A DNA stretch of 64,000 nt from Squalus acanthias (GCA_030390025.1 CM059432.1:129458001-129522000), one strand, 5' to 3'. Shown: positions 1 through 13,250, numbered from the stretch's first letter. Program-made: numbers and translations. The notes: a model not told the origin generated them from the sequence alone.

Positions 1-518
1 CCCCATAGCTGGGCCTCCCCCAACCAGTTTTGGTTGTTGGTTTGCTGAATTGCCCAACATTCACACCTCGTCAACTTGTAATTCAATCACCGGAGGTATA
101 CAGAGCTGTGAGATCAAAGATAACTCCTTATCTCCTTTCCCGCTCTCTGTAACACATATACAATGTGATTTCTATTACTGCTGATGGGCGGTTAGCTGAT
201 TGTCTGTTCAGGACTAGTGTGTCTTCCATTCATGTCAGGAAGTCGATTGTGACCCCATTGTTTCAGTTAAACTCAGAGCATTGTCCAGATGTTAATTTTT
301 CCCATCGAAACCAATCATGATTCAAGGCCTCACAGTTCAATGTCAATGTCCTTTTCAGAGTTAATCATGAGTCAAAGCTTTCATTGTCCAGTATCATTGT
401 GTTCTCCAAGAACTGATCATGATTCAAACTTTAGATGACTGGTACCTTTTCTGTGCCTCGAGCTTTAACTGTTTCATGCCCTTCAGTGCTGGGGCCAAAC
501 TGTTCCATGAAACTTACA
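1..518. mobile_element. Probable LTR fragment running off the window, inserted into a CR1
   Basis: Non-CR1 sequence with short internal repeats (ATCATGA(T/G)TCAA x3) ends in ...TTACA at 518; CR1 ORF2 sequence (ccagtctggtgaaccttcgttgcact) starts abruptly at 519. The other end is not visible. Confidence 0.35.
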
Positions 519-1197
519 CCAGTCTGGTGAACCTTCGTTGCACTCCCTCTATGGCAAGTATATCCTTCCTTAGGCAAGGAGACAAAAAGCGGTACACAAT
601 ACTCCAGGTGTGGTCTCACCAGGGCCCTATATAATTGCAGTAAGATGTCTTTACTCTTATACTCAAATCCTCTTGTAATAAAGGCCAACATACCATTTGC
701 TTTCCTAATTGCTTGCTGTACCTGCATGTTAACTTTCAGTGATTTGTGTGCAAGGACACCCAGGTCCCTCTGAACACCAATATTTCCCAATCTCTCACCA
801 TTTAAAACATACTCTGCTTTTCTATTTTTCCTACCAAAGTGGATAACTTCACATTTCTCCACATTATATTCCATTTGCCATGTTCTTGCCCACTCACTTA
901 GCCTGTTTATATCCCCTTGAAGCCTCCTTGCGTCCTCCTCACGACTTACATTCCCACCCAGCTTTGTATCATCAGCAAACTTGGATATATTACATTTGGT
1001 CCCCTCATCCAAATCATTGATGTAGATTGTGAATAGCTGAGGCCCAAGCACTGATCCTTGCGGTACTACACTAGTTACAGCCTGCCAACCTGAAAATGAC
1101 CCGTTTAATCCAATCTCTGTTTTCTGTCTGTTAACCAATCCTCAAGCCATGCTAGTATATTACCCCCAATCCCATGAGCCCTAATTTTGTTCAATAA
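519..1197 (-). mobile_element. CR1 LINE ORF2 fragment (RT C-terminal half)
   Basis: PQGSVLGPQLFTIYINDL, KFADDTKLG, CEVIHFGRKN and LYRALVRPHLEYC motifs in ORF 431..1138. Confidence 0.9.
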
Positions 1198-1424
1198 CAA
1201 AAGTGACGTCAAAATAACGACAAGGTGACGACAAAAATAATATAAAGTGCCGTCATCAGACCCGCTTCCTTCAATTGGGCAGCAAATGTGCTGGGCAGAC
1301 TAAACAAGCCCAATCAGCATAAAATTCTTTTCACAGAGCGGGATGGAGCCAGCAGCGGGGTTGCACCCCACCACTGACCCGCCTCGGAAGGCAAAATCGC
1401 GGCCAATTAATTTCTCCCCCAATC

Positions 1425-1560
1425 TGTTTAACGATGGTGGTTGAGGGATAAATATTGGCCAGGACACCGGGGAGAACTCCCTGCTCTTCTTCGAAATAGT
1501 GCCATGGGATCTTTTACATCCACCTTAGAGAGCAGACGGGGCCTCGGTTTAACGTCTGGT
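1425..1560 (-). mobile_element. DeuSINE (SacSINE1-like) central fragment
   Basis: Reverse complement of the core of the full SINE at 56693 (gatgtaaaagatcccatggcactatttcgaagaagagcaggg...gtcctggccaatattta). Confidence 0.6.
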
Positions 1561-1710
1561 TGAACATTTCTCCATTGCAAAAAGGGGGATTGTAGAAGGA
1601 GCTCAAGATTATAGGCTTAGTTAGAGGTTTAATTATTTCAAATCAATTCAATTATATTGTAATATGCATAATACAGAAATTGTACTGTCAAAAATTATGA
1701 ATGAGCAAAA

Positions 1711-3540
1711 TCATAGAATTATAGAATAGTTACAGCACGGAAGAAGGCCATTCGGCCCGTTGTGCCCGTGCCGGCGCTCTGCAAGAGCACTTCAGCTAGT
1801 CCCACTCCCCCACCCTTTCCCCGTTGCCCTGCAAATTTCTTTCCTTCAGATACTTATCCAACTCCCTTTTGAAAGCCGTGATTGAATCTGCCTCCACCAC
1901 CCTTTCAGGCAGTGCATTCCAGATCCTAACAACTTGCTGAGTAAAAAAGTTTTTTCTTACGTCGCCTTTGGTTCATTTGCCAATCACCTTAAATCTGTGT
2001 CCTCTGGTTCTCGACCCTTCTGCCAATGGGAACAGTTTCTCTCTATCTACTCTGGCCAGACCCCTCATGATTTTGAACACCTCTATCAAATCTCCTCTCA
2101 ACCTTCTCTGCTCCAAGGAGAACAACTTCAGCTTCTCCAGTCTATCAATGTAATTGAAGTCCCTCATCCCTGGAATCATTCTCGTAAATCTTTTCTACAC
2201 TCTCTCTAAGACCTTCACATCCTTCCTAAAGTGTGGTGCCTAGAATTGGACACAGTACTCCAGTTGGGGCCGAACCAGTGTTTTATACAGGTTCATCATA
2301 ATTTCCACACTTTTGTACTCTATACCTCTATTCATGAAGCCCAGGATCTCTGAAGCCTTTTTAACTGCTTTCTCAACCTGCCCTACCACCTTCAATGATT
2401 TGTGCACATATACCCCTAGGTCTCTTTGTTCATGCACCCCCTTTAGGATTGTACCCTTTAGTTTATATTTCCTCTCCTCATTCTTTCTACCAAAATGTAT
2501 CACTTCGCACTTTACTGCATTAAATTTCATCTGCTACGTGTCCGCCCATTCCACCAGCCTGTCTATGTCTTCCTGAAGTCTATTACTATCCTCCTCACTG
2601 TTCACTATACTTCCAAGTTTTGTGTCATCTGCAAATTTTGAATTTGTGCCCTGTACACCCACATCTAAGTCATTAATATATATCGAGAAAAGCAGTGGTC
2701 CTAGTACCGACCCCTGGGGAACATCACTGTATACCTTCCTCCAGTCCGAAAAACAACCGTTCAGCACTACTCTCTGTTTCCTGCCACTTAGCCAATTTAA
2801 TATCCATGCTGCCACTGTCCCTTTTATTTCATGGGCTTCAACTTTGCTGGCAAGCCTATTATGTGGCACTTTATGAAATGCCTTTTGGAAATCCATGTAC
2901 ACCACATCAACCGCATTGTCCTGATCAACCCTCTCTGTTACCTCATCAAAAATCTTGATCAAGTTGGTTAAACACAATTTGCCTTTAACAAATCCGTGCT
3001 GGCTTTCCTTAATTAATCCACACTTGTCCAAGTGACTGTTAATTGTGTCCCTGATTATTGTTTCTAAAAGCTTCCGCACTACCGAGGTTAAACTGACTAG
3101 CCTGTAGTTGCTGGGTTTATCTTTACACCCTTTTTTGAACAAGGGTGTAACATTTGCAATTCTCCAGTCCTCTGGAACACCCCCGTTTCTAAGGAGGATT
3201 GGAAGATTATGGCCAGTACCTCCGCGATTTCTTCCTTCACTTCCCTCAGCATCCTAGGATGCATCCCATCCGGTCCTGGTGACTTATCTACTTTAAGTAC
3301 AGCCAGCCTTTCTGGTACCTTGTCTTTATCAATTCTTATCCCATCCAGTATCTCCACTACCTCCTCCTTTGCTATGCCTATGGCAGCATCCTCTTCCTTG
3401 GTGAAGACAGATGCAAAGTACTTGTTTATTACCTCAGCCATACATCCTTCAGAAGTCTCCTTTTTGGTCCCTAATCGGCCCCACCCTTCCTGTTACTACC
3501 CGTTTACTATTTATATGCCTATAGAAGACTTTTGATTACC
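1711..3540 (-). mobile_element. 5'-truncated CR1 LINE with 3' tail
   Basis: Frameshifted ORF2 pieces (KSPGPDGMHPR, NYRLVSLTSV, YMDFQKAFHKV, PQGSVLGP, FADD, LVRPQLEYCVQF); 3' UTR motif and ATTCTATG-like tail near 1711. Confidence 0.9.
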
Positions 3541-3904
3541 TTTGCCAAGTACATGCTATAACCTTGAAAACTGTATTTCAATATTGGGTTGGGATAAACC
3601 TGGCTAATGCTGTGACATTATATGTCAACCACACTAGATATTAATTACTTTTGCTGTAATCATTGATACAGAACTGTAATTAGTCATACTTGTAGTGGTA
3701 TAAACCTAGTTAAGTAAAGAAGCTATTAGTATATAAGCCACTGGCTGTGACAGTTTCCTTAAGTGAGTCAGTTGCAGTAGGGCAACTCCCAAACCAAACA
3801 GTGTCACATATAAAACCTCAGACATAATGGTAAAATCTCAATTCTGTTCTTCCTACACCCCAACAGACAGATCGCAAGATTATTTTCTCCAGAAAAAAAA
3901 AAGC

Positions 3905-4287
3905 TGTGGAGTGACCCAATAGAGAGAGGTCTTTATAATTATGAAGGAGTTTGACAGGGTAGATGTAGAGATGTTTCCACTTGAGGGGGAGTTCAAAACT
4001 AGGGGCCATAAATATAAGCTAGGCATTAATAAATCCAATAAGGAATTCAGGAGAAACTACTTTATCCAGAGTGATGAGAATGAGGACCTTGCTATCAGAA
4101 GGAGTAGTTGAGGCAAATAGCATAGGTGCATTGAAGATGAAGCTAGATAAGTACATGAGGGAGAAAGGAATAGAAAGATATGTTGATGCGGTTAGATGAA
4201 GGAGGGTGGGAGGAGGCTCGTGTGGAACATAAACATCGGCACAGACCAGTTGGGCCAAATGGCCTGTTTCTGGGCTGTAAATTCTAT
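3905..4287 (+). mobile_element. CR1 LINE 3' fragment, tail split by Harbinger insertion
   Basis: ORF2 C-terminus remnants and 3' UTR gggccaaatggcctgtttctgggctgtaaattctat; the tail resumes at 8869 (tatgtaatt), matching the intact tail near 51700. Confidence 0.8.
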
Positions 4288-4641
4288 GGGGGAAAAATTG
4301 GGTATTGCCCATTTTGGGGCGCTAATATCGTCTGGGCGCAAATTTTAGCGCCCAGCGCTAATTATCGCCGCCGACCGCGAAATTCGTCTCCAGCACCCCT
4401 GGAGGTGATTGGAGCGCTAAATCAGGCGCTACACACCTCTCTTAGGGCGCTAACGTCTGGGAGCGAGACGCTACCTCAGAACGCTACTGAAGCTCAGGCG
4501 ATGTCAATTACCTTGTACTCAGCCAGACTGGCGCCGTCCTGTTCTTAAAAGGGAGGGTCCATCTTGCTGCACAGCCACACCCTGCTCATTGCAGCATTTG
4601 ACATCGGCCTGCAAGCAGTTAAAAATCTTCATCCAAGATTT

Positions 4642-6546
4642 ATGATAGATACTCAGAGGCCCAGGGAGAGAGCTCGGCGCTTTAGTGACCAGGAATTGGT
4701 GGCTCTGGTTGGCACAGTTGAACGGCGATGGGCAGTGCTCTTTCCAGAGAGTGGCAGGAGGCCATTGCCTCGTGAGTTTAGAAGAGTCTGGAGGGAGGTG
4801 GCCCAGCCTGTGTCATTGCGGAGCCTGGTGCCGAGGACACATACACAGTGTCATAAAAAGTTCAACGACCTCATTCAGGTGGTCAGGGTAAGTACCTGCT
4901 TTTCAAAAACCTCTACATCCCACCATCTCAACTTCACTCTGTGCACAGACGGTGTAAATACCCAAATGCCCAAAACTCACCCAACAACTATGCCCATCTC
5001 ATAAAAATCACATGCACATCCCACACCTTAAAGGCTATTCAACTATGATAGGCACACCTGCCAAACACATGGCTGCACACTCACTCACAAGCTGTTCTTT
5101 TTCTTGCAGGCCAAGCTTTCACATAATCGCAGGGAGCAACAATGAACAGGAGGAGGACAGGCGGAGCTGCACCCCCTCACACAATTGGAGGAGAGAGTCC
5201 ACAGACTCATTGCCAGCCATGTAGTCGGTGCTGTGGCCATTGGAGAGGTCGACCCCCTTGGGGACAGCAACGGTATGTTAATCAGCTTTCTCTCCTCTCT
5301 CATACCACTTCCCCCTCACAACACCATCCTTTAACACTTTCAATCTAACTACTGTCTCCTGTCCTTGCTCCCTTCCTGCTCCCCTGCCCTCACGTTAAAG
5401 CCACTCTTGTACCTTCCTGCTTTCAGATAGTGAGCCACCAGCTGACCAGCCTATCCCTCAGCCTCCCAGTGGCAGCGACGCGCCAGAGGAGGAGGAAAAG
5501 GAAGCTGGAGCCTCACCGCCTGCATCTCCCGAGGGTGACACTTCCAACACTGGGGCCACGCGGTCACTAGAGGGGAGCAGGGGGTCAGCATCTGATGTGG
5601 GTGAAGCTCAGGTACCCAGTGGGCTGCAGCAACGCCATGGGAGAAGGGAAGCTCGGGGGCCATCACCCCGGAGGGTGAGTGCGGGCACGAGTTCTGCTGC
5701 ACAGGACTCGGATGAGGATCTCGATATAGCGGCCATGAATACTCAGGCTATGAGCATGCATACGGAGCTCATGGGTACAATGGCAAGGGTGCCCAACAGC
5801 ATGGATGCACTGGCTAGGAGCATGAAGGAGTTCGCCGCTAGTACAGCTGTCGTCTGTGCGCAAACCCTTGAACCCATCCTTGCCTTGTTGCAGAGGATGG
5901 TTGAATTGCAGGGAGACCATGGGGACCCAGAGCCCATGCCGCGTGTAATGGGTGAGGTGGCAGGGTCTATTGCAGCACAGGCCGACGCAACGCAATGGCT
6001 TAGTGCTGCAATCGAGTCATTGGCTGGTGCCATCCAATGTCAGACTGCTCTCATGCAGTCTCAGATTGATGTCACGCAAGCACTGACTGCTGCCATCGTC
6101 GCTGGGTCGCCCACTGTCCACCGGGGATCTCACGGTGCCGCAGCAGGCCAGCAATCTGTGCACGAGCAGATTGCTCCGATGCTGCGGTACTGCCCCGTGG
6201 GAGTGGCAGTGTGTCGGTCGAGCAGGAAGGTGCTGTCCTCTCTCAGGATGACAGCATTCCTGCTCCCACCACTGCCACTTCCCCATTGCACTTGCCACAG
6301 CCTGTAACACAACCAGCCCAGACTGCTGCCGCCCATGCAGAGTTGGTGCAGTCTGCAGCCGGGCCCTCCAGGCCCAGAGCTGGTCAAGGGTGTCCTTCAA
6401 GGCAATCTGCAGTCTCTGGATCCAACATTCAGCAGCCTTCCGCCAGCCTTGCTGCAGCCACTGGGGCCACATTACAGAGGAGCAGTAGGATGGGAAGGGG
6501 GGAAGTGCGCAGGGGATGGAGATCACCCTTGAAGGGTGAGAAGTAA
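4642..6546 (+). pseudogene. Harbinger Myb/SANT-like DNA-binding protein, 3 exons (4642-4887, 5110-5272, 5427-6546)
   Basis: RARRFSDQELVALV...W..VA...RTHTQCHKKFNDL motif; canonical GTAAGT/ttgcAG and GTATGT/tttcAG introns keep the frame; in-frame TGA at 5143 and a frameshift near 6180. Confidence 0.75.
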
Positions 6547-6574
6547 ATTTCTCCAATAAATGGGGGAATGTTTA

Positions 6575-7073
6575 ATCACAAGCTTTCGGAGCTATCGATT
6601 GCTCCTTCCTCAGGTGAAGTAAATTGGATACAGAATCGCCAGAGCATATATAGATGGAAAACAAAGCATGTGTACTTTACAATTGCAGACCAATAAATTA
6701 AATCATCCTGACTATCTGCCGAGGTGTGATAAAGTTAATTAAGTCAGCCAGGAAGGTACCACATCAAAAGACATAGCAAGATACAACTGAGACAATGAGG
6801 TGTAGTCGCAGGGGTTCTAACGTGTCAAAAGCTGCCGTCTGTATGTAAAACGAAAAGCTTTAAAAAAAAATTTACTTTTTTACTGGGAAAATTTTTACTT
6901 TTTTACTGGGAATCACATCTGTGAACAAGCTAACGATGACTCGAGTCCGGATCACGTCCTGTATCGTGACATAAACCCAAGATCCCGATTGAGACCATCT
7001 TCATGAGTGCGGAACTTGGCTATCAGTTTCTGCTCGATGATTTTGCGTTGTCGTGTGTTTCTAAGGTTGCCTT
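6575..7073 (-). mobile_element. Penelope-like retroelement 3' fragment inserted in the Harbinger
   Basis: Minus-strand peptide RNTRQRKIIEQKLIAKFRTHEDGLNRDLGFMSRY resembles the GIY-YIG C-terminus of vertebrate Penelope elements; flanked by 7-bp direct repeat ATGTTTA (6568-6574, 7074-7080). Confidence 0.65.
6578..6617 (-). ncRNA. Minimal hammerhead ribozyme-like core
   Basis: Minus strand reads cacCTGAGGAa-ggagc-aatcgata-gctcc-GAAAgcttgt: CUGANGA core, 5-bp stem II, GAAA, palindromic AAGCTT. Stem I partner is not evident. Confidence 0.45.
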
Positions 7074-7323
7074 ATGTTTATGCCAAAGTTTGATGTTCAT
7101 GTTAATATATTGTTCACTCTGTTGACGCTTACCTCGATGTGGTAACAATGAGTTTTGTTAGTTAATGAATTGTTGTGTTTGTTATTGGTTGCGCTGAATA
7201 AATAAGACACAGTTTGTCAGATAAATAAAATTTTTTATTAGAACTTTACAACTCTGCTCATTTGACTCATTGGAGCTTTGCCCGGCAATAGGGGCTGCGG
7301 GATGCTTGCGATGATGTGCTTCT

Positions 7324-8472
7324 TCATCCCAGAAGCCAGCGGTGTCTTATGAGGCGTTCACGGACGGCCCTTGCAGAGGCAACATTGAGCGCCTCCCTCC
7401 TACGTTGGTGCTGCTCATTCTCCTATTCATTCACCTCCTCCGCCTCCTCCTCCTCCTCCTCTCTCTCTTCCTCCTCCTGAGGTGGTGTACCAATCCCTGG
7501 TGGCAATGGCTGGGTCCTCATAATTGCGAGGTTGTGAAGCATGCAGCACACAACAATGAAAAGCGATACTCGCTCGGGAGAGTACTGCACGGCTCCTCCA
7601 GAGTGGTCAAGACATTGGAACCATTGCTTCAAGACGCCGATCGTCTGCTCAATGAGGTTCCTGGTGGCGCTATGGCTCTCATTGTAGGCCATTGGGGTTA
7701 CGGAGCGGTATCATCAGCCAGGTGCAGAGTGGATAACCCTTGTCCCTGAGGAGCCAGCCACGAGGTTGACACGGTGGTTGGAACAGATCTGGGACACCAG
7801 TCTGGAGCAGGATGAAAGCATGTGGCTGCTGCCAGGATAGCGGGCATTGACGGCGAAGATAGCGGGCATTGACGGCGAGGATGCGTTGTCTGTGGTCGCA
7901 CACCAACTACACTTTGCAGTTGCGGAACACCTCTGCATTTTCATGAGGTCCCCGCAATGCCACATGCGCAGTCAATGGCGCCCTGAACCATGGGGAAGCC
8001 CACTATCCTAGCGAAGCCACATGCGCGTTCACGCTGTTTGTCTCGGGTCATGGGGAAAGATATGTACTCCCTTCTCCTTTTGTAGAGAGCATTTGTGACC
8101 TCCCGATGCAGCAATGGACAGTGAACTGGGGGATATTCGCTATGTCCCCAGTTGAAGCCTGGAAGGAGCCGTTGTCATAGAAATTCAGAGCCACCGTCAC
8201 CTTCACTGCCGCCGACAGAGACGTCCTGGTCCTGAGCTGAGGCTGCAGATCTGGTTGCAGGAGGTGGCAGAGCTCAGTGACCACCTCCTTGCTGAAGCGC
8301 AGCCTTCTGAAACACTGCTCCTCAGAGAAATGAATATAGGAGAATTGCTCCTGGAATACCCTGGGAGGATAAGGTCTCCTGTGCAGAGGCCTGTTGGCCC
8401 TCCTCCTTTTGGCCTCTGCTGCCTCCGAAGGTGAAGCTGGAGGACGACGCCCCGAGTTAGTACAGCCCCCAT
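7324..8472 (-). pseudogene. Harbinger (HARBI1-like) DDE transposase, frameshifted
   Basis: PPRVFQEQFSY..FSEEQC.RRLRFSK, VKVTVALNFY..GSFQ, GFPMVQGAIDC, DKGYPL, TRNLIEQTIGVLKQWFQCL, VVCCMLHNLAI; 22-bp tandem duplication at 7836-7879. Confidence 0.85.
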
Positions 8473-10120
8473 TTAATCTTGTAAATGTGGTAAATATGAA
8501 GCTCAGAGAAATAGGAACCTGAAAAGTGTTGCTCAGGAACAAAACTCCTTGCAGAACAGCGTTAAATGTCTCCAGACGTCTCTCTCCCTCTCTCAACCTG
8601 CGTATGCCAAATATTTTGCTTACAGGAAAAAGCAGGAAGCGCACGCCTTTAAATAGCGCTCCCCCAGCTCCTTGCCGACTGCAAAACGTCCCCCTCTACC
8701 TGTCGTTCCTAGCGGAAAGCGCTAAGGCAGGGGCGAGAATCAATTTCCGGTCCGGGGCACTACCGGGGCGATGCACACTTGGATGACGTCACAATCTCCA
8801 CCGCGCTTGGGGGGTAAGTCCCCCCGGAGCCGCTAACAGGAGGCGCTAACCAACCCAATTTTTCCCCCTATGTAATTAAAATTTTGGGTTTGCTTTAAAT
8901 AGTCTTTGAGGTTCAGCAGTGCTGGTCACCCCCGTAAGCAATCCCTGCGTATTATATGAGCCCAAAGCTGCCCAATATCTAACCATACGATAGCATAACC
9001 CGGGCACTTAACAATAGTAACACTTTGTGATCTGAGCTGGCTGTCAAGGGAAAGAATTTCCATGGGGTTCTCCCGATCTCCCGCCATAACTTTGGTGGAA
9101 GACCGGCGAAACCCCTGGAGAAGCAGCGTAAACAACGGTTTTCAGCCATTTCCATCGTTTTTCCAGGGCTTCTGCCTAAGTTATAGCAGAAGATCTGAAA
9201 TATCCCTGTGGAAATTCCAGGTTACTGTCTTTCACACACGCCCACATAGTGGGCGGAGGCCAGATACAAATTGCTAAACTGCTGTAATTTGCGGCCAGCA
9301 AGTGAACTGAAGAGTGATAGTTATAATCGAAACTCACTTCACTGACTTTCAAGCCCCTCCTCGTGAATAAGAAAAATGATAAATCACAACACACTTGCTA
9401 GCCGACTCACTTAAATTTTCCTCGTCAGCCTTCTGGCTCTGACCAGCACTGGGCTTTAAGGTGAACAGGTTTTCCCTCGGTAAGCTGGGCCTTCCTCGAC
9501 CTCATGGGATCGACTGACCTTGAACGTGGGGTTTTTCTTTTCTTCTCATAATTCTAACCACAGTAAGTGAGCGGGTTGTTCTCTCAAACCTCTTGCCCAT
9601 CCAGTGATTCGCCAGTCAACCTGCCAATAAAATTGGCCATCCCAAGAGTGGATTCTCGTCAGAAACCGCATGCTGGCCTCAAACAAATCGGTTATTCAAA
9701 TAATAATAAGTCTGGATGTTCAGAGTAAGCCTGAGATGAGATAATGAATTAACCGTTGTCCCCAGTCATTGTGTAAATACATCTTCAATGCCAGACTCAT
9801 TAGCATCTCAACTCCTCTTCCATTCAGCAGCAGCAGAATATAACTGGAAGGAGAATTTTAAACACGCTTGAACCTACTTTCATTTAAAACACATCTCTTC
9901 ATTTAACTCATTTCCAAATCCCTTCTGTGGGAAAATGATCAAAAACTCCCAAAGCATGACAAAGATTCAGATTAGCAGAAAAAAAAATCAAGTTTCATTC
10001 CAAAAATAGCATTTACACCAAGCAATACCTCAGTGCAGAAAGAGAGTCGAATAGAAGGAGCTTTATTTCATCTCTGGCATGTGTTATACTTGTGCTGGGA
10101 ATAGTTGACGGTGACACTAA

Positions 10121-11888
10121 GGGGGGAATTTTCCGGAGGGTCAGTGGGCGCAATCGGTGGAGGGTTGGGTGGGAAAGTTTTTTTTTGACAGCGGGTTGGG
10201 ACCCCGCTGTCAACCCACCACCACGCACCTTTACCAAATGTCGGGTTTGCCAGTGCTGAGCAGACCTGACACGCAGCGTCGGGGGAGGCAATTAAAATCA
10301 TTAGTGACTTGTTTACAGCCACTTATCAATGCTTTTTTCCCAGCTTTTTGAATTTGACAGGTTGCCCACCGGTTTCCCGCTGTGCCTAGACCTCATCTGT
10401 CAAGCTGAGGCGGGAGGTCACTTGCCATTGGTTCAGCTGATGAGTTGACAGCTTCAAATGTCAAGTCAAAGCTCCCAGCTGATTGAGAAATGTTTCCTTA
10501 ACCACTTGCTTCTCTAAACTGCATTTCTACTACAGATTCGGAATGCTGCAAGTCTTTACACAAGTCTCCATCCAGTCTGACCTCATTACCTCTCCCACCA
10601 TTGACAGATCGCTTCTGTCATCTCAACGTCACCTGCCATCTATTCCATCAGCATCAGTGCACTTTATACTCTCTCACCTTGGTCCTTAGAATCCAACCAC
10701 AATCAGCCTGAACACCAGCAGCACCAGGCACACCAGCAGCACCAACAACAATACCAACCTTCTCCGCAATCAACTGATGCTGCACAGGACACAGGGCATC
10801 AGCACTCAATCACATTGCTGCCTGGGAGGCCAGGGATGGCCTCACCATGGCCAGATTTACTTCACTTGATGCTGTACACTCTGGCTGTCACATGATGCGC
10901 CAGGTTGGCACCACCCCACACCAACACCATAAAGCATCCCTACAATGCCCAAGCCATTCCTTTCACACTCATCACTATTGCGGGGGGTACCGTTATGTCT
11001 CACCATTCACTGCAACTCACTAAGCCACTTCCAAAGGTGCACACAAATCTGTCCAAGAACACAGAGCGTTAAAAATAAAGGTTTCAGTGTTTGACAGCAC
11101 ATTAACAGAAACTTTACATGAACATTGGATAAAACACCCAAGTGCCTACCCTTGTGTGTTGTTAGTTGATATGATTGCATTAGGATGAGGGTGAGTGTGA
11201 GGGGTGGCTATTGAGATGGAGATGTGATAATATAGATAGACAGGGATGGGTGGAGTTGCAAAGTAAGTTGGTGTGAGTAAGGATGTGCAGGAGTAGGGTA
11301 GGGAAGGCAGAGTGATGGGGATGTGCTGAGAGGCACAGCAGGATGAGTTGAGTGTGGCTTTGTACTAACGTTTCGTGATCTACTGAGATCATTGAAATGT
11401 TTGCAGCACTACACCCAGGTCCTCCTGACCACATTCCTGCTTGTGCTCTCCTCTGCAATGTGTAACCAGGCTGTATTGATCTCCGAGGGAGGTCTTCTCC
11501 GCTCATGGGAAGGGAAGAGGACCTCCCGGTGTGCTGTGACTCCCTCCATATGCATATGGAGGGAGTCATGGGAGAGACTGGGTGCAGCCGTGCACTTCTG
11601 TGCAGTGCTTGTCAGTGTTTACAGCACCTCAATGCCGTAGAACGCTGACAGCACTATGTTAGATTAAAGTTGGCCATGGTCCCTTTAAGGAAACCGGCTG
11701 ATGACGCGCCATCAAATGAAGTCATCAGACCCGCTTCCTTCAGTTGGCCAGGAAACTCGCTAGGCGGGCTTAACAAGCCCAATCAGGGGAAATTAATTTG
11801 CGACAGCGGGCTGGAGCCGACAGTGGGGCCGGGACCCGCCACCGACATCGCCCGCCACGGACCTGCCGAGGTTCGTAAAATCTAGCCC
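10121..11888. mobile_element. Internally deleted Harbinger-type element of a second family
   Basis: Ends GGGGGGAATTTT ... AAAATCTAGCCC; minus-strand Myb remnant (VRRTWV*CCKHFNDLSRS followed by a GT donor near 11370); Gln/His-rich stretch at 10690-10800. Confidence 0.55.
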
Positions 11889-11891
11889 TGA

Positions 11892-12375
11892 GGGTTCGAT
11901 TTTAACCCTACTAGTCTGGCGGAAACCAGATGTGTGGCCTGTGAAAAACGAGCAGGCTACTGACTCGCTCGAGACCCTACCATTTCGCGCCATTTCCCAT
12001 TTTAACCTGCAGGGTTCTGCAGGTGGATGAGGCGCCTGCCTAAAGCAAGGGGGGGCCTCATGAATTTATGCACTTCGGGGTCAAAGGGCATGAGCGGAGA
12101 GACTGTCGCGGCTTGGCCGCCAGGCTGAAGCAGATCTGCAGCTGGTCTGCAGGCAGATGAAGCCCTCCGAGGTAAGTGCCGAACTCTCCTTTGTGGGACC
12201 AGGAGGAGCAAGTGTGCTCCACCAAGCCCCACAAGGAAAGGTGCGGACTCCCCTGCCCCAGACTCTTCCCTCCTCAAACTTAGGCCAGCCAGCGCATTTC
12301 GCACTCACCCCATCCCTCGCACCGCCCCGACCCTTGCCCCCCGCGCGAAACCTGCTCGGGGTTAAAATCAAGCCC
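11892..12375. mobile_element. Harbinger-type MITE
   Basis: Imperfect 17-bp TIR gggttcgattttaaccc / gggttaaaatcaagccc. Confidence 0.6.
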
Positions 12376-12507
12376 TAGGCACTAAAAGTGAAAAAGTGTT
12401 CCATTTCCCAGCAAGCATATTCTTCACCTTGATAGGCACAAAAACAACTAAAAACACAAAATTATAAATAAGAAATTAGAAAAAAAATCTTCCACCCCCG
12501 AACCATT

Positions 12508-13250
12508 GGCCCGGATCTTGCTGGAGCGAGCACGCCCCGTTAGTTCGACTTTTTTCTGCAACCTTCAGCTCGAAATGTTTTTGCGCCGTAGCTTGCTGGA
12601 AGTGCGAGCTGATAACGACCCGGCGAGGGCATGGGACCTTGGTGAACAGTGGGATCAACAGTGTATCTCTTTAGCGGCTGAGATTTAAGGATAGAGAAAG
12701 AAGCAGGAACGATGGAGAAACAGGGTAAATTAGAATCACATCAGGGACAGAAAGAGAAATAAATAGAGGGAAAGAAAGATTGCATTAAGAGAGAGAGAGA
12801 GAAAAAGACAGAAAGGAAAAGTAAGAAAAGAATTGAAAAATTTAAGATTTGACATTTTTACAATCTCTAAGAAGAATTTACTACATGTAGGAATGAGATT
12901 GAACAGTTTAAATTGTTCCCTTTCTTGGCCAGAGAGCTTCATTGGCTTTGCATTAACAATTATCACGTTGTTAGAAGGGTACTTATGCTCTTAATCACCA
13001 GTCCAAACTTTCTGTGGTGAGTTTAATGGGTAATTAATGTGTAAATCCAGCATGTTCTTATGAATAACAGGAAGGTTGAGGGCGAGATGCCATTTGTGCA
13101 ATGCACATGGCGGAACGGCATAAATCGACCAGCAAGTTCTAGAGATCCGCAACTCACAGCATGTCTCTTAATCCCTGAACTTGATTGATTTGTGCTGTAA
13201 TAACGGCATGCGTCATTATCAAGCCGTATTTTTCCAGCAAGATTCGGCCC
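12508..13250. mobile_element. MITE (probably Harbinger-type)
   Basis: Imperfect TIR ggcccggatcttgctgg / ccagcaagattcggccc. Confidence 0.5.

Larger units (their letters stand above)
4288..8868. mobile_element. PIF/Harbinger DNA transposon, full-length two-gene structure, decayed
   Basis: 16-bp TIR GGGGGAAAAATTGGGT at both ends, 3-bp TSD TAT (4285-4287 / 8869-8871), convergent Myb/SANT-like gene and DDE transposase. Confidence 0.9.
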
